Assembly (NCBI GenBank): GCA_951406725.2
Contig: OX597831.1
Coordinates: forward strand, 69,440,001-69,504,000
DNA: 64,000 nucleotides
Reading direction: 5' to 3'
Source: Octopus vulgaris
Taxonomy: Eukaryota
The translations under genes and the position numbers were made by a program. Of this stretch, positions 1-14,252 are shown in pieces; position 1 is the first letter of the stretch; each line of letters starts with the position of its first letter. The notes under the pieces were generated by a model. The model did no database searches and was not told where the DNA came from. It saw nothing but the letters and a program-made list of their open reading frames with translations.

Positions 1-2803
1 AGTCCCATAAGGGAATTACACCACCACCATTCTTTTCCATATTGTTTGTTCTTTCTTTCTCTGTTATCTGCAGAAGTACATTTCAATATCTTTATGTCAC
101 TAGTATAGTTCATGGAAAATTAATGCATTCAAATCATAGTTATGCCTAAACATTAGTGTATGAGTAAAATTAAAGTAGTGGTACAATCATGGATAGTTTA
201 CATTCCCCAAGCTGGACACATACGGCAAAATTGAAATGGTTCTCATTCCGTTTGGTGCAATTTTGACTGGCTAAACCAAAACTAATCAAAAACCATCAAG
301 AAATTAATAATGCATTTTACATAAGGAGATCAAAGAAAACCTTCTGTTAAATATTTTCAGTAAATTAAAGGGGAAATGGACATGAAACAAACTTCAGGAA
401 TAAATAACTGCACTAAAAAGCCATTCCTTGATGTCAAGTCAATAAACAATGCAAAGAGTTCTGTGATTCACTCACACTTATCACTGATATTACCCTTCAA
501 ACAAAACAAGAAATTTAAAAGACTACCTTTCATCATATCTTCATTACACACTTTGAAGTACACAAAATTCTTGTGACATCGGTTTCTGTTACATGTTTGG
601 AAGACTGTAGTTGAACACAGTACGGCAAATTAACAAAACATTCAAATTTGCAATGCTAGTGAAATATTTCATTTATGTTACATACAAATAGATGGGGGTT
701 CAGTGAGAGTAAATTGCCTTGACTAAAGTCATAGTACAACATTGCTGGCAGAATAAAAAGAGGCAACCCTTTAGCTGATTGTTTAATAATCTATTAGCTC
801 AGCTGAAGTTACCCTGTAAATAATTGAAGATGAAATGACCAACGAAGTTGAGATATGCATTTTATTGAAATTTTATTTCAAAGTCGTTTGATGTCAAATC
901 AATGTACATTGGTGACAGTTATCTACAATATGACACTTAAATTCTTTCTTCTTAGCCAAACAAGAAACTTTTAATGCTTGCCATAACTAAAAAGAAAATT
1001 AGAAGATAAATTTCTAACATTTCTTACGTCTCAGTAGGAATTAAAGAATTGTAAGAAATTACAGAATCGTGAAGAATTATATATCATTTGCCTTTCTGAA
1101 TAATGCTTTACAGAAATAATTGAAACATTAGATTCAGTTTTAAATTTTCTTAATGAAAAGTGGTATCTGGTTTTTATTGCTTAATTCCTGGGAATTTCAT
1201 CATATTGTAGATAGGAACAACATAATAAAACGTAATGCTTCCAGTAATCTCAAGGCGTTCTTAAAATCTGACATTTAGCTCAAGTTTCATGATATTAAGT
1301 GGACAAGATATAAATTTCTCATCTACACAGAAAGCCAGTCTTTTGCAGATATCACTCCCAGACAATCTGATAATTATTCCTAACAGCTAAACAAACTGTG
1401 GTAATATACAATTAGGGGGCTGCATGGAACACAAGCAAAACATCTGCAGTTGATTTCAATTAAAAACTTAAAGCTGGTAATGCTATACCATATCCATTCT
1501 CAAGTGAGTTAGTTTGCAGCTGCATTAAAGCACATAAACTAGAGTTTCCATTCCAGTTAAGTCTAAAATGTTCAATCAATAAACAAAATAATTGTTAATA
1601 GAAAGTTTTTGTCACATCTAGAGTAGTAAGTAAGGGAAATAAATTAAAAAGAAATGCTGTTTGTAATGAATGCCAAGAGAAAAAGAAAGTTAATGGTAAA
1701 ATACATTGGATAATTTTGACATTCTGTCAACAATATTAGGGTAACATGTTCTATGAATGTTTTTAATATTTTTGCTGCTTCTTTTGCAAATCACTCCTTC
1801 TTGAGTTGTTAACATCTTTCCAGTATGTTGTTCCTCTAAACAGCAAGTCACTTTTATCTGTCTGTCTATATTTGCATATATATTGATTAGTTCGCCAAAC
1901 ATATCGAGAACACTTTAAATTTACAATGTACAATGAATCTCTGAAAGATATAAAGCAGAAGAGAACTAGTAAGGGGACACTCATACACAAACGCATACAC
2001 GTAATGATAAACATGCATACACTTAAAGAGAAATAAATACACACGCACACACACGTGCAAACATGAAACAAATTAAAGAAAACATGTAAAATATCAAAAG
2101 AAGAATAAAGTAAGTAAAAAAGAAAAAAATTTTCCACAGACTGTTGCAAATAACTTGAAGGATTTTGCCATGAGGAGTTGTATTATATTCATATGGCTAA
2201 CGTGTCTTTCATTCTATTATTACCATGTACACAGTGTGTTGCCTATGTGTACATATCTTATAGATGAACTTTATTTGTCTTTGTTCTCCACAACCATCCT
2301 TCCTTTTTGTAACATTGGAAAACATAAATGTCTGATAACGTGATAGCTAAACTGAAGTCTGATTGATTAACATAATATTTGCATAAAGCTAGTTTTCTCT
2401 CCACATTCTTTCTGTCTTTGCCTTTATCTATGTACATGTGTGCATACCTATGTGTGTAATTCTATGTCTCACTATATACGTGCGCGTGTGTGTGTCTACA
2501 TGTACATATGTGAAAGATAGAGAGTTTACATTTGTATATATGAATATATGTGTGTAAGTGTGCATTTTTATGTGTATCACTTTCTTTGCAATATTTATTT
2601 TCACTTTATCCACTTAACATCACTGATATCCACCTGGATTAATATTGACACTGATGCCAGTGTCAAACTATGATATAGATCTTATTCTAAAGTTCCTCAA
2701 ATACAAATAAAGACAAACACATAAAGAACACGCATGCATACAACTATATGTGGGTGTTGGTACATTGGTCTAAAACACTTTCTAATAACATTATAGTCTA
2801 AAA

Positions 2804-3210
2804 CATGGGTTGCCAAAGGGGGTCTGAGAGACCCACTAGGGGTTGTTGAGCAATTACAGGAGGTCGATGATAGCCAAGGGGTCAAATGGGGTCCAGCATG
2901 TAAAAGACCAGCTCACCCATATGAACTGCCTGAAATACTTAGTCAGTGCTAGGAAATGTGGGAAAACATGATAAATTTTCACTGCAGTGAGAAGTCTGCT
3001 GTTGCTAACGTTCGACGCCTGATGCCGCAATCTGTATCGTAATCGAAGATTGAGAGGTGTGCTTGAGGGGATTCAGACTGTCAAGTGTCTGCTTATAGAA
3101 TTTGCCTGAATCTGGAGGAATGAGGTGATTTGAGACTGAAACTGACCAACATTCAGCCTGATATCAATGCTTTGATTCAGGATCACCATTCTCATACCTC
3201 ACATCGATGT
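2804..3210 (+). mobile_element. hAT (Charlie/Buster-type) DNA transposon remnant with transposase C-terminal fragment
   Basis: Starts GTCTAAAA|CATGGGTTGCCAAA (hAT-like end). About 3103-3207 translates CLNLEE*GDLRLKLTNIQPDINALIQDHHSHTSH, resembling the 'RGDLRL...PDI..L...HQ.H.SH' C-terminus of Buster/ZBED5-type transposases; the TGA is explained by CGA decay. Right end not found. Confidence 0.6.
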
Positions 3211-3489
3211 TGCCAATTTCAATAAAAGATATTCCAGCAAAATGATGTGTGTTTCACATTTTCTAACCATGAAAACAATTTCATAAAAATTGAAAGTTTA
3301 ATTCTGTGTACTTACACACATAGTTTTAAATGTAAAAAGTGAGTCATCTTCAATAGAATTTCTTAATTTGTCGTACATGTATATTTTAGCTAACATTTTA
3401 ATTGCCAGCATCAGTACCTGGTATGTGTTTAAGATATGGTATGGAAGGGTGAGGTATTAAGGTATTTTAAATGAGGAGGGTAGTCGGTG

Positions 3490-4790
3490 CAGATAATAAT
3501 ACATATGCTGGCATGGGTCGGATGGTTTGACTGAGGTCTGGAGAGCCAGTGGCTGCACCATGTCTCTCCTATGACATCATGGTTTTCTCTCACACTCTCT
3601 CTTGCAATCCGAAATACTTCAGTTCTTTGGTCCTCACTTTGCTGAACATTGGCAAACTTCTTCTTTATTGCTACTCCCTTGGCTATACATACCTGTCTTT
3701 TAGCTTCCCTTTTGGCTATCTGATACATTCTCCTGCTATCTCCACTCTTCTAGACATTGCAAGCCTGTTTCTTTGCTCTAATGGCCCCGTCTACAGTATT
3801 GTTCCACTGCAATGTTACTCTGGGTCTGGAAGGGACTTTGCACCATCCACAGACTGGGTTTGTGGCACTCAGCAAGCTGTCTTGCAGGAATTCCCAGCTG
3901 CCCTCTGTGTCACAGGACTGCAGCTCCTCCTCCCTATCATTAAATTTCTCAGTAAGGATATCCCTAAATCTCTGACCATGTGAAGGGTTCCTAAGCTTCC
4001 AAGTCCTTCTTTTCCAGATTGGTCTGCTTTTTGGCATCCTTCTGGCCTCGAGTTTAAAGTCACTAATAACGAGTCTATGTTGGGAGTTGCATTCTTCACT
4101 AGGGAGGGTCTTTGTATTTAAGAGCAACTATGCATCCCTCTATCTGATGGGAATGAAATCGATCTGGCTAGCAGAGTCACCTGATTGATAGGTTATCGAG
4201 TGGCTAGCTGGTTTTCTGAAGTTGGTGTTACAGATCAATAGGTTATTTGCATTGCAGAACTCCAGGAGCCTAGTTCCTTCTTCATTTCTGGTACCAACTC
4301 CATGGCCCCCTTGTACACCATGGAAGATATCAGATTGCTGTCCGACATGCCCATTAAAATCTCCAGCCACAAAGAGATGAGATCACTGTCACTCGTCTTT
4401 GAGGTAGCCTGCAGAAGAATATCATAAGTGATCCTTCTGTTCATTTGGTAGGTCCGCTTGTGGGGCATAGGCAGAGATAATTGTAGCTATGCCATTCTGC
4501 AAGACTAGCCTGAGTTTGAGTACTCTATCACACTATCTCTATGACGTTATCCACCCATTTCTCTGCAAGAAGTATGCCCACACCCCCTATTCCATCACTA
4601 TTACCTTCCCAGAAGAGTTTATACCTATGTGCCTTTCCTGTGAGGACTCTGGCTGAAGCTCCTCTCCATCTCACCTCTTGTATGCAACATACATCAACAT
4701 GTCTCCATTCAAGCATCTCTACAATCTTGCTAGACCTACATTTCAATGTGCCTACATTTAGAGTGCCAACTGTGAAAACTGGGAAAGAGA
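3490..4790 (-). mobile_element. RTE-clade LINE fragment: APE endonuclease region fused to the RTE 3' tail (pseudogenised)
   Basis: Minus ORFs 4528-4965 (GTLNVGTL..CIQEVRW..GVGILL), 4140-4370 (GDFNGHVG..RNEEG..SQIDF) and 3750-4127 (SQHRLV) are APE motifs split by frameshifts. 3490-3550 matches the RTE tail seen at 57910-58080. Confidence 0.9.
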
Positions 4791-5128
4791 TATGGGAGGT
4801 AACACAGGAAGGAGAGAATTTATTCAGTAGCTGAAAAGAAGGTTCCCATGAACGTTTGTGTCTTGTACTCTGTTTTTTCGTTGTTAAAGTTTTGGTCCGT
4901 TCCATGCTGTTTTTACGTTTTCGTTTTTCGTTGAGTTCTACGTCTATTTGTGGTGTCCTGTACACACGTATATATATTTATATATGCATGTATATATACA
5001 TGTAGATGTAGGTACGTACATATATGCTTGTATGTATGCATATATTTGATTTATTACACTATTGTATGACTGAGCGCCTTCGCGTCGATTCGATTCGTTT
5101 TGTTTCGTTTTGTCTTCTTCTCTAAGCT

Positions 5129-5176
<48 letters not shown>

Positions 5177-5225
5177 AACACACACATATATATATATATA
5201 TATACATATATGTTTATATATTTTT

Positions 5226-5584
5226 TTAGTCTTTTACTCTTTTACTTGTTTCAGTCATTTTGATTGTTGCCATGCTGGAGCACCGCCTTTTGTCAAGCAA
5301 AGGACTTATTCTTTGTAAGCCTATCAGTTGCTTTTGCTGAAGTGCTAAGTTACAGGGACATAAACGCACCAGCATTGGTTGTTGAGTGATGTTGGGGGGA
5401 CAAACACAGACACACAAACATACACACACACATACACACACACAGACATATATACGTCAGGCTTCTTTTAGTTTCCGTCTTCCAAATCCACTCAAAAGGC
5501 TTTGATCAGTCTGAGGCTGTAGTAGAAAACACTTGCTCAAGGTGCCACACAGTGGGACTGAACCTGGAACCATGTGGTTAGTAA
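5226..5584 (-). mobile_element. tRNA-derived SINE, family A (CORE-like, internal TA/TG microsatellite)
   Basis: Reverse complement matches the copies at 48857 and 62756 (CACCTTGGGCAAGTGTCTT core; tail ATGACTGAAACAAGTAAAAGAG). Confidence 0.85.
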
Positions 5585-5684
5585 TATATATATATATATT
5601 TGTATATATATATGTATGTATGTGTGTGTGCTTGTGTGTATGTGTATGTGCGCGCATGTGTGTGTGTGTGTGCAAATGACACAG

Positions 5685-6008
5685 AAGTTAGAGTGTTGGG
5701 CTCACCTTCATAAATAACTAAGTTTGATTCCCATACAGGGCTGTGTTGTGTTCTTGAGCAAGACACTTTATTTCATGTTGTTCCCATTCACTGTGTTGCC
5801 AAAAAGGAGTTGTGATGTCACTGGTACCAAGCTGCATCAGCCTTTGCTTTTTCCTGGGGTAACATCAGTGATGTGCAAAAGGGAGACTAGTATGCGTGGG
5901 CGACTGCTGGTCTTCCATAAGCAACCTTGCCCAGACTTGTGCCTTGGAGGGTAACTTTCTAGATGCAATCCCATAGTCACTTATGACTGAAAGAGGTCTT
6001 TACCTTTT
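5685..6008 (+). mobile_element. Degenerate tRNA-derived SINE (head related to the 9020-9264 family, different tail)
   Basis: GTTAGAGTGTTGG...TTTGATTCC A/B-box-like head followed by GTTGTGTTCTTGAGCAAGACACTT. Confidence 0.6.
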
Positions 6009-6127
6009 ATATTCTTGCCCGCATACACACCTGGGTACATACATGCATGTGTACATACATATATACATCTGTACATACATCTCTTAGTTGCTTTCTCCTA
6101 TATGAACAAAGCAATTGCTAGAAAGAA

Positions 6128-6330
6128 TCATTGAAATGAGTCATTGATGATGCGATGCGAGGCCCTTGTATGACTCTGGAACCCAGCGAAAGATATGCAC
6201 ATTCTATTGCATAATGCACAGCCGTGCTGGCTTGAAGAAGGAACAGGTGCCACAATATGACCTCTTTTGAAGTGCCTTTTCAATCCTCCAACTGAGAGGC
6301 ACACCTTTCCACAAGTTACACGTGTTCTGT
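6128..6330 (-). mobile_element. C-terminal C2H2 zinc-finger fragment, probably an RTE LINE 3' end
   Basis: CGKVCLSVGGLKRH and CALCNRMCISFAGFQSH resemble the 'C..C.R.C.S..GL.SH' terminal finger of RTE ORFs. No splice context seen. Confidence 0.55.
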
Positions 6331-6699
6331 TGTGAACAATAGCCATGTCACAATTTACCATGGGTCAATTCCTGTGAGTTCTCTGATAGCTGACCAGGCC
6401 CGCATTACTCAAGCACCTCCTCTCACAAACCACACACACACACACACAAAAAGCAACACTCCCTCATTTTCCAGAGACGTTCTTTCCAGTCTTTCTGTTA
6501 ATCTCTAAGTGCTTCATTTTCTCTCTTTCAAAGCTTGAACACACACACACACGTGGGCATATATACATACAAACATACATACAAACAAAAATACTCTGTT
6601 GTTGATGCTGAAATTCCAATGAAGGAGCCTTGAATCTAGTTTAGAAACTGGCTCTTTTTCTATTGGCAAGAAATCTTGAAATAAAACTGAACAGTGACA

Positions 6700-6845
6700 T
6701 ATGTACATACATACATACATACATACATACATACGCATACATACGTACATACATACATACATACGTACATACATACATACATACGTACATACATACATAG
6801 ATACATACATACACGCATACATATATACATACATAAATACATACA
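6700..6845. repeat. (TACA)n microsatellite
   Basis: Visible directly. Confidence 0.95.
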
Positions 6846-7979
6846 ATTTGTGTGTAAAATAAAACAAGAGGTTGTTTATACATTATTTAATTACATCATC
6901 TTTTGTAAATTTCATAAAGAAAAGATGATTATTAGTTGCATAGCATGAATTACATAATCAAGTCGCCAATATTAACTGACTGAAATATATTAAAAAATCA
7001 CACTACACAAACACAAGCTATAACTTAATCCTTTACTGCTTTATTCTTATTATTCCATACTTGATGGTTTGGCATAAGTTTTGACATTTTCCTGTATTTG
7101 AATGAACAATATTCTCAAACTCACTGAATTGCTCTGGCGAGCCTGGAGATGATTTATTGAGAGTTAAATGAGCCAGCTTTTGTGTGTTAAGTTGATAGAG
7201 TTGTTATTGTATGTTTTGATTGGTTTGATCTGGAGGCAGTAATCATTGTCCATGCAGACTTCCTAGAACTGGTGAGATTTATGAAGGAAATGTTTCTTTT
7301 GAATTATTGTAAGTTAATGGCTGCTGGGGAAAAAAAATGGAAAAGAGAATTACAGTGGACTGACATTCTGAAAGAAGGGTCCGAATTAAGTGTTTAGTGC
7401 AGGGCCTGCGATGTGGAGAGACATAATAAGTATGCTGAAATACTGAACACTACTAACCCCAGTATTGCTGGTTTAACGACAACTGTCTATAACTTCTGAA
7501 GCTACAATGATTCTAGAAGTAATTGAAGGACATGTCCATAAGGTCAGTTGACAAACAACTTTACTTCAAAACCATTGTGTCTCTCTTTGAAATAAATCTC
7601 TGAAAATTCTACCACAAACATTGAGAAAGAATTTTTCAAGAATCAATTAAAATGAAGGATCGCTGCTTGGTTTTTCGAAATTATGAAGTTGCATGCTTAC
7701 ATGAAATTTTATATTAACAATTTCATGTTATCCGAGAAAATAATTTCCCTGATTGACTTAAAACCAATTAAGTGCACCGGAATTTGATGGCTGAAAACAT
7801 GCTTGCGCATTCATATTGGTGAGTTGTGTTATGGGCTATTCACCATCTTGCATTTTCATTTTCTATTTCAGTATTGAATATTTGCCTGATAGAGAATGAG
7901 ACAAATAGAGAGAAAGTAAAAAAACAAAAAAAACAATTAATATGGAGACAGAAAGAAGAGAAAGATACAGAAGAAACAT

Positions 7980-8020
7980 AGAGAGTGAGAGAGACAGAGA
8001 GAAAGTGAGAGAGAGAGAGT

Positions 8021-8086
<66 letters not shown>
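7980..8086. repeat. (GA)n microsatellite
   Basis: Visible directly. Confidence 0.95.
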
Positions 8087-8088
<2 letters not shown>

Positions 8089-9019
8089 ATCATTTGATTG
8101 TAACCCTTAAATTTCAAAGTCTAATTGAAATAAATTTTGCAACAGAAAAGTTAAAGTCTATTAATAAGATAAATATTTTATACTCATGTTAATTTCTCAT
8201 GCACTGAGTATCCCTTTAGTAAAACCAAATTGACATAATACTAATGCAACACTTCGTCATTTGTCAGTAGACTTAGGGTTGTTTTTAATATCCCCATCAT
8301 TAGTATTAATGCTATAGTCATTGAGTTAATGTTTATTTCTTTCATTCTGGTATAATGTAGGACTGGTCTGGTGTATATTTCTTGTTGTTAACTCTAACAA
8401 TTTTACTTCACAATTATCATCACTTCCCATCACAAGGCTGTATCAAGAAAGCAACCTCCCCTACACATGAACTAAATTCTAATTAACTTTTGCAAGAAAA
8501 CAGATACAAAACACAGCAAGTAACATGTAATCCTGAAAAGAAAAGAACCTGAAAGAAACTGCATAATCACAGAGCTGCATCTGATGGTTCAGGGAAAGAA
8601 CAATTTGCCTAAAATATGGGCACAGGGTCTCACGCAAAACAAAATATGTGGTGATTTACATATAGCATTAGTCAAGTTTTTATTTTTGTTTGTTTTATGT
8701 AAAAATGTCTATCCTGCATATTTTTGCCCTAAAAGCAGATATGTAAAACATAACTGTTTACAGTGAACCACCACCATGAAGAACAATCTGGTGGTAACAA
8801 TAATAAGGATTTGATCCAACTAACTCCTTCTTCCAAATTACTGGTTTTGTGTCCAAACTAGACTTTTACTGAAGGTGTCATGCAATGGCACTGAACCTGG
8901 AACCATGTAGTTGCAAAACAAACTTCTTAGCACACAGCCATACCTGCATAGTTAGAAAGAATGAAAAACCAACTTATTACATTGAAAGCAACATATATAC
9001 ATATAGAAAAAAAATAAAT

Positions 9020-9264
9020 GCGTCCTTTTAAAGCCTAGCCAGGCTCATGGGCCCGGTTTCCTGGTTTCAATGGCGTATGTATTCCCCAGCTGGATGGGAC
9101 GCCAGTCCATCGCAGCGTTACTCATTTTTGCCAGCTGAGTGGACTAGAGCAACGTGAAATGAAGTGTTTAGCTCAAGAACACAACAAGTCGCCCGGTCCA
9201 GGAATCAAAACCACAATCTTACGATCATGGTGCTGACACCCTAACCACTAAGCCACATGCCTCC
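9020..9264 (-). mobile_element. Near-complete tRNA-derived SINE with a V-SINE-like tail
   Basis: Minus strand reads GGAGGCATGTGGCTTAGTGGTTAGG (A box)...GGTTTTGATTCC (B box)...CTGCGATGGACTGGCGTCCCATCCAG. Confidence 0.8.
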
Positions 9265-10148
9265 ATCATTGTATACATATACATACATATATATATGTAT
9301 GGTGGGTAGGATATATAATATATAGGTTATGTGAAACAAATGTAATCCTGGATTATTAATTTACCATTTCTCATAATGATGAATTTGATATCCAAAGCAA
9401 AATACAAATAAGAACCAGTCAATGGTGAGAAACTGTCACTTAAGTTGGATCCAGGCACTCTTTTACTGATGTCTGCTAAAAGCACAGGAATGTTCCAAAT
9501 GATATCATAGCTTTAGTCACTATTAGGAAAAGAACTTACAACATCTTTAAGTAATTCCTTTAAGTAATAATCTTTCAGCTATATTTCACACACCTTCTGT
9601 CCAGCTCACTTTCTACAAACAGACTCCTTTAAGTTTGTCCCTGGATATCTTCGAATTTTGGTGAATTAAGAGAATTCTCTCAGACTGCAGAGAGTAGTTT
9701 ATTAGCTCTAATATAAACTCATAGTATTGTTTTTAATTCACCCTATCTTCTCAATCATCAAGGTACTTTTCTCCTCATTTTCCTTCAACTCTGGCAACTG
9801 CTGGAAGATTCTTACAAGTGATGTAACCAATAAGCTGACCCATCCTTCAGCTGTTTGAAAGAGCTTCACGTATTAGTAATATTCAGGTACTGAATGGATA
9901 AGGGCAGCATGGTTTTGTCCCTTTCTATGCACCTCAGACAGGCTTGACAAATGAAACTCCCCCATACTACTTATTTTATTCTCCACCATTGCTATTTCAC
10001 AGTAGATCTGCCTGACCAGTAGTTTATAGATGTATTTAGTTCCAGAGCCAAAACTCTTACACAATAAACCACTTGGCTTCTATTTCAGGAACATCTAGGG
10101 TCTTCAAAAATACATCAGTGATTTTACTCACTTGTGAGTTTATGTAAA

Positions 10149-10477
10149 AAGGGTTTTTCATTAATTAATAGGAAGGCCTTGTATCAAGTTTAATTCTTAA
10201 ACCATTTCCACTTTCGATTATTTTCATATCCAAAATTTCTAGCTTTAGAATTATTTATTCTCAGATCATTCTCATATCCACTTGTATTTATATTTTTATG
10301 TAATTTTGGTCAAAGTACTCTGTTTTTTAATTCTGTTATCTCTTGTTTTGTTTCTTGTTTAATTTTGCTTGATTTATGATCTCAGTGTCAATAGTTTCAA
10401 AGTTTATTTTTGTTTGTTATTTGTGTTATTATTATGCATCCTATCTTCTAAGTGTTCAATTTGCGTGTTCCATATCT
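10149..10477. repeat. Arm 1 of a 329-bp inverted duplication (partner 13644-13972)
   Basis: Manual alignment to the reverse complement of 13644-13972 gives 4 mismatches and no indels. Confidence 0.95.
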
Positions 10478-11047
10478 AGCAGAATGCTAGAATGGCCATT
10501 CAAGTAATTGCCTTCCTGTACTAGTAGTGAATTCTAAGTATCTGACAATATTTTAGTTTCTTCATCTACCTGCCTGTATTTTCCCAAGAATTCAAATGAT
10601 GCCAACCTGCCTGAATCTGGCCTATGCATATTTAAATGAGAATTTCAATGCAAATCTCATTAGTATATTTATGAAAACACCTGATTTCATTACTTAAACA
10701 ATTGAGCTACACTGTCTGACATTATTTTACATGCTATCTGAGTGCTGTGAATTTTTGGAGATTTCTTTACATTTTGTCACATTTTGGTTTTCTAAAATGT
10801 TTCACTATGAACAAAAACTGGATGCCAGTTTCATGTTGTCAAGCAGCAAATTTGAATTCAAAATATTTTCGAAAGAAGACAGAATAATATATGGTAAACC
10901 TAAAAATCATGTGTTTGATGGGTTTTTTTTTACTGAATGTGAATCAATTCCAACAGTTCAGATAGCGTTGGTGGTGGTGGTGGGGAGGGTTAGAGTTTTA
11001 CTTTAAGAATTTAAAAATTTAAAAATTTGATTCTTTTATCATTATTA

Positions 11048-11265
11048 AGGCAGCAAACTAGCAGAATTGTTAACGCACTGGGCAAAATGCTTAGTGAAAT
11101 TTCATTTGTCCTTACATTCTGAGTTCAAATTCTACTGAGTTTGTCTTTGCCTTTCATCCTTTTGGGGTCAATAAAATAAGTACCAGTTGAGTACTGATAC
11201 TGATGTAATCAATTTTCCCCCTCCTACAAATTTCAGGCCTTGTGCCTATAATAGAAAAGATTATT
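11048..11265 (+). mobile_element. tRNA-derived SINE, family B (Nin/Deu-like domain)
   Basis: GAGTTCAAAT B box followed by GCCTTTCATCCTTTTGGGGTCAATAAAATAAGTACCAG; same family as 46013, 46855 and 47794. Confidence 0.8.
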
Positions 11266-12378
<1,113 letters not shown>

Positions 12379-12589
12379 TTATTGTTGTTATAATGTAGAA
12401 ACTATGAATAAATTCGAAAAATCAATGGGTTGCAATGCTACTTAAGGACATTTCTGCTGGCTTCTCAAGCATGATCAGTAAACAAGTATTACCTGAGTCT
12501 ACTGGCTGTGGACAGCTGGCACTTTTCCATCATACCCAGCAAAATAAAACTGAGATTTTTCATAATAAATAACAATAATAGTAATGATA

Positions 12590-12800
12590 ATCCTTTCTAC
12601 TAAAGGCACAAGGCCTAAAATTTGTGGGGAGGGGACTAGTCAATTAGATCGATCATGGTGTTTCACTGGTACTTAATTTATAGACCCAAAAAGATGAAAG
12701 GTAAAGTCGACCTCGACAGAATTTGAAGCCCAGAACATAGCAACAGGCAAAATACCACTAAGCATTTCATCTAGCATGCTAACGATTCTGTCAGCTCACC
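12590..12800 (-). mobile_element. SINE family B
   Basis: Reverse complement of the 11048 and 46013 copies. Confidence 0.8.
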
Positions 12801-12832
<32 letters not shown>

Positions 12833-12903
12833 AATAATGATGATGATGATGATGATGATGGTGGTGGTGATGGTGAAGAAGAAGAAGAAGAAGAAGAAGA
12901 AGA
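12801..12903. repeat. Compound trinucleotide microsatellite (ATA)n-(ATG)n-(GTG)n-(GAA)n
   Basis: Visible directly. Confidence 0.95.
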
Positions 12904-13643
12904 ATTAGAGGGAGATGGTTAGTTGATTAAATTAATCTTAGTTCTTGACTGGTATTTTATCAACTCTGAAATAATATATAGTATTTGTACTGGTGGCAGT
13001 TGCAGCAGGTTTCTGCTGAATAAATAGATTCCACTACTGCCACTTCATGGCACTGAAAAGAATCTGTCATCAACAAAACAATGAACGTAATTGCAAACAA
13101 AAGACAAAAGTTTAGGAGGAGACCAAGATATTATATTAACTTATTTAATGTGCAGTATTCATAAGTCATGTACTGGTAATATTCACCTAAATTGAAAACT
13201 GGTCTCTACATATAAACAAACTGCTGGAGCACGTTGTATCAAATGCTCCTAAATGCAGTTTATGGCTAATATTATTAACAATATGAACAAAAAACTGCAA
13301 CACTGGTATTTGTATGTGATGCATAAAAAAATATGTAAAATAGGAATATGTAAATGGCCATCAGCCACAAAATATTCCAGTAGTTGACCATAATGGTAGC
13401 AATTTAAACAAAGGGAAAGCAGTTATTCTTCATGTTCTGCAAATAAAATAACAAAGCATCAATATACAAGAAGAGTATTTAGAATCTTTTCATATCACAT
13501 AAATATCTCACAATTATACTCCAACATTAAAAGGAGACTCCTACAGCATATATCTAAAGAGAAGCAGAAAATAACCTTACTCTAAAATAATTTTAATCTC
13601 CCCAGACCAACCAATTTTAGAAGATACATACTTGAAATAGAAA

Positions 13644-13972
13644 AGATATGGAACATGCAAATTGAACACTTAGAAGATAGGATGCATAATAATAACACAA
13701 ATAACTAACAAAAATAAACTTTGAAACTATTGACACTGAGATCATAAATCAAGCAAAATTAAACAAGAAACAAAACAAGAGATAACAGAATTAAAAAACA
13801 GAGTACTTTGACCAAAATTACATAAAAATATAAATACAAGTGGATATGAGAATGATCTGAGAATAAATAATTCTAAAGCTAGAAATTTTGGATATGAAAA
13901 TAATCGAAAGTGGAAATGGTTTAAGAATTAAACTTGATAAAAGACCTTCCTATTAATTAATGAAAAACCCTT
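13644..13972. repeat. Arm 2 of the 329-bp inverted duplication
   Basis: Reverse complement of 10149-10477. Confidence 0.95.
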
Positions 13973-14069
13973 CCAACGGTTAAAATGACCAATAAAATAG
14001 CAAAAGCAATAAAAAGCATAAACTTTGACCTGGCCCATCTTAAACTTACTGACGATAAACATGAACAGT

Positions 14070-14252
14070 AATATCCTTTCTACTATAGGCATTAGGCCTG
14101 AAATTTTGGGGGAGGGGAGTAGTCGATTGCATCAACCCCAGTGTTCTACTGGTACTTAATTTATCAACTCCAAAAGGATGAAAGACAACTCAGAAGGTGC
14201 AGACAGATGAAATGCCACTAAGCATGTTGCCTGGCATGTTAACAATTCTGTC
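14070..14252 (-). mobile_element. SINE family B
   Basis: CTGGTACTTAATTTATC...GGATGAAAG is the reverse complement of the family B domain. Confidence 0.75.

Noticed and set aside
1690-1902. 70-aa minus-strand ORF in non-repetitive sequence
   Set aside because: No recognisable motif and no convincing splice signals; the length is expected by chance.
6514-6948. Long ORFs rich in YVCM/HTYI (also at 11584, 16571, 42961, 60232-61021 and 61945-62205)
   Set aside because: Translations of (TACA)n, (TA)n and (TG)n microsatellites; not coding.
9350-10148. Possible old LINE RT remnant (also 13000-15000, 25500-26700, 27850-28900 and 56200-56800)
   Set aside because: Only faint motif hints such as DSFSPL; too degenerate to assign without a profile search.
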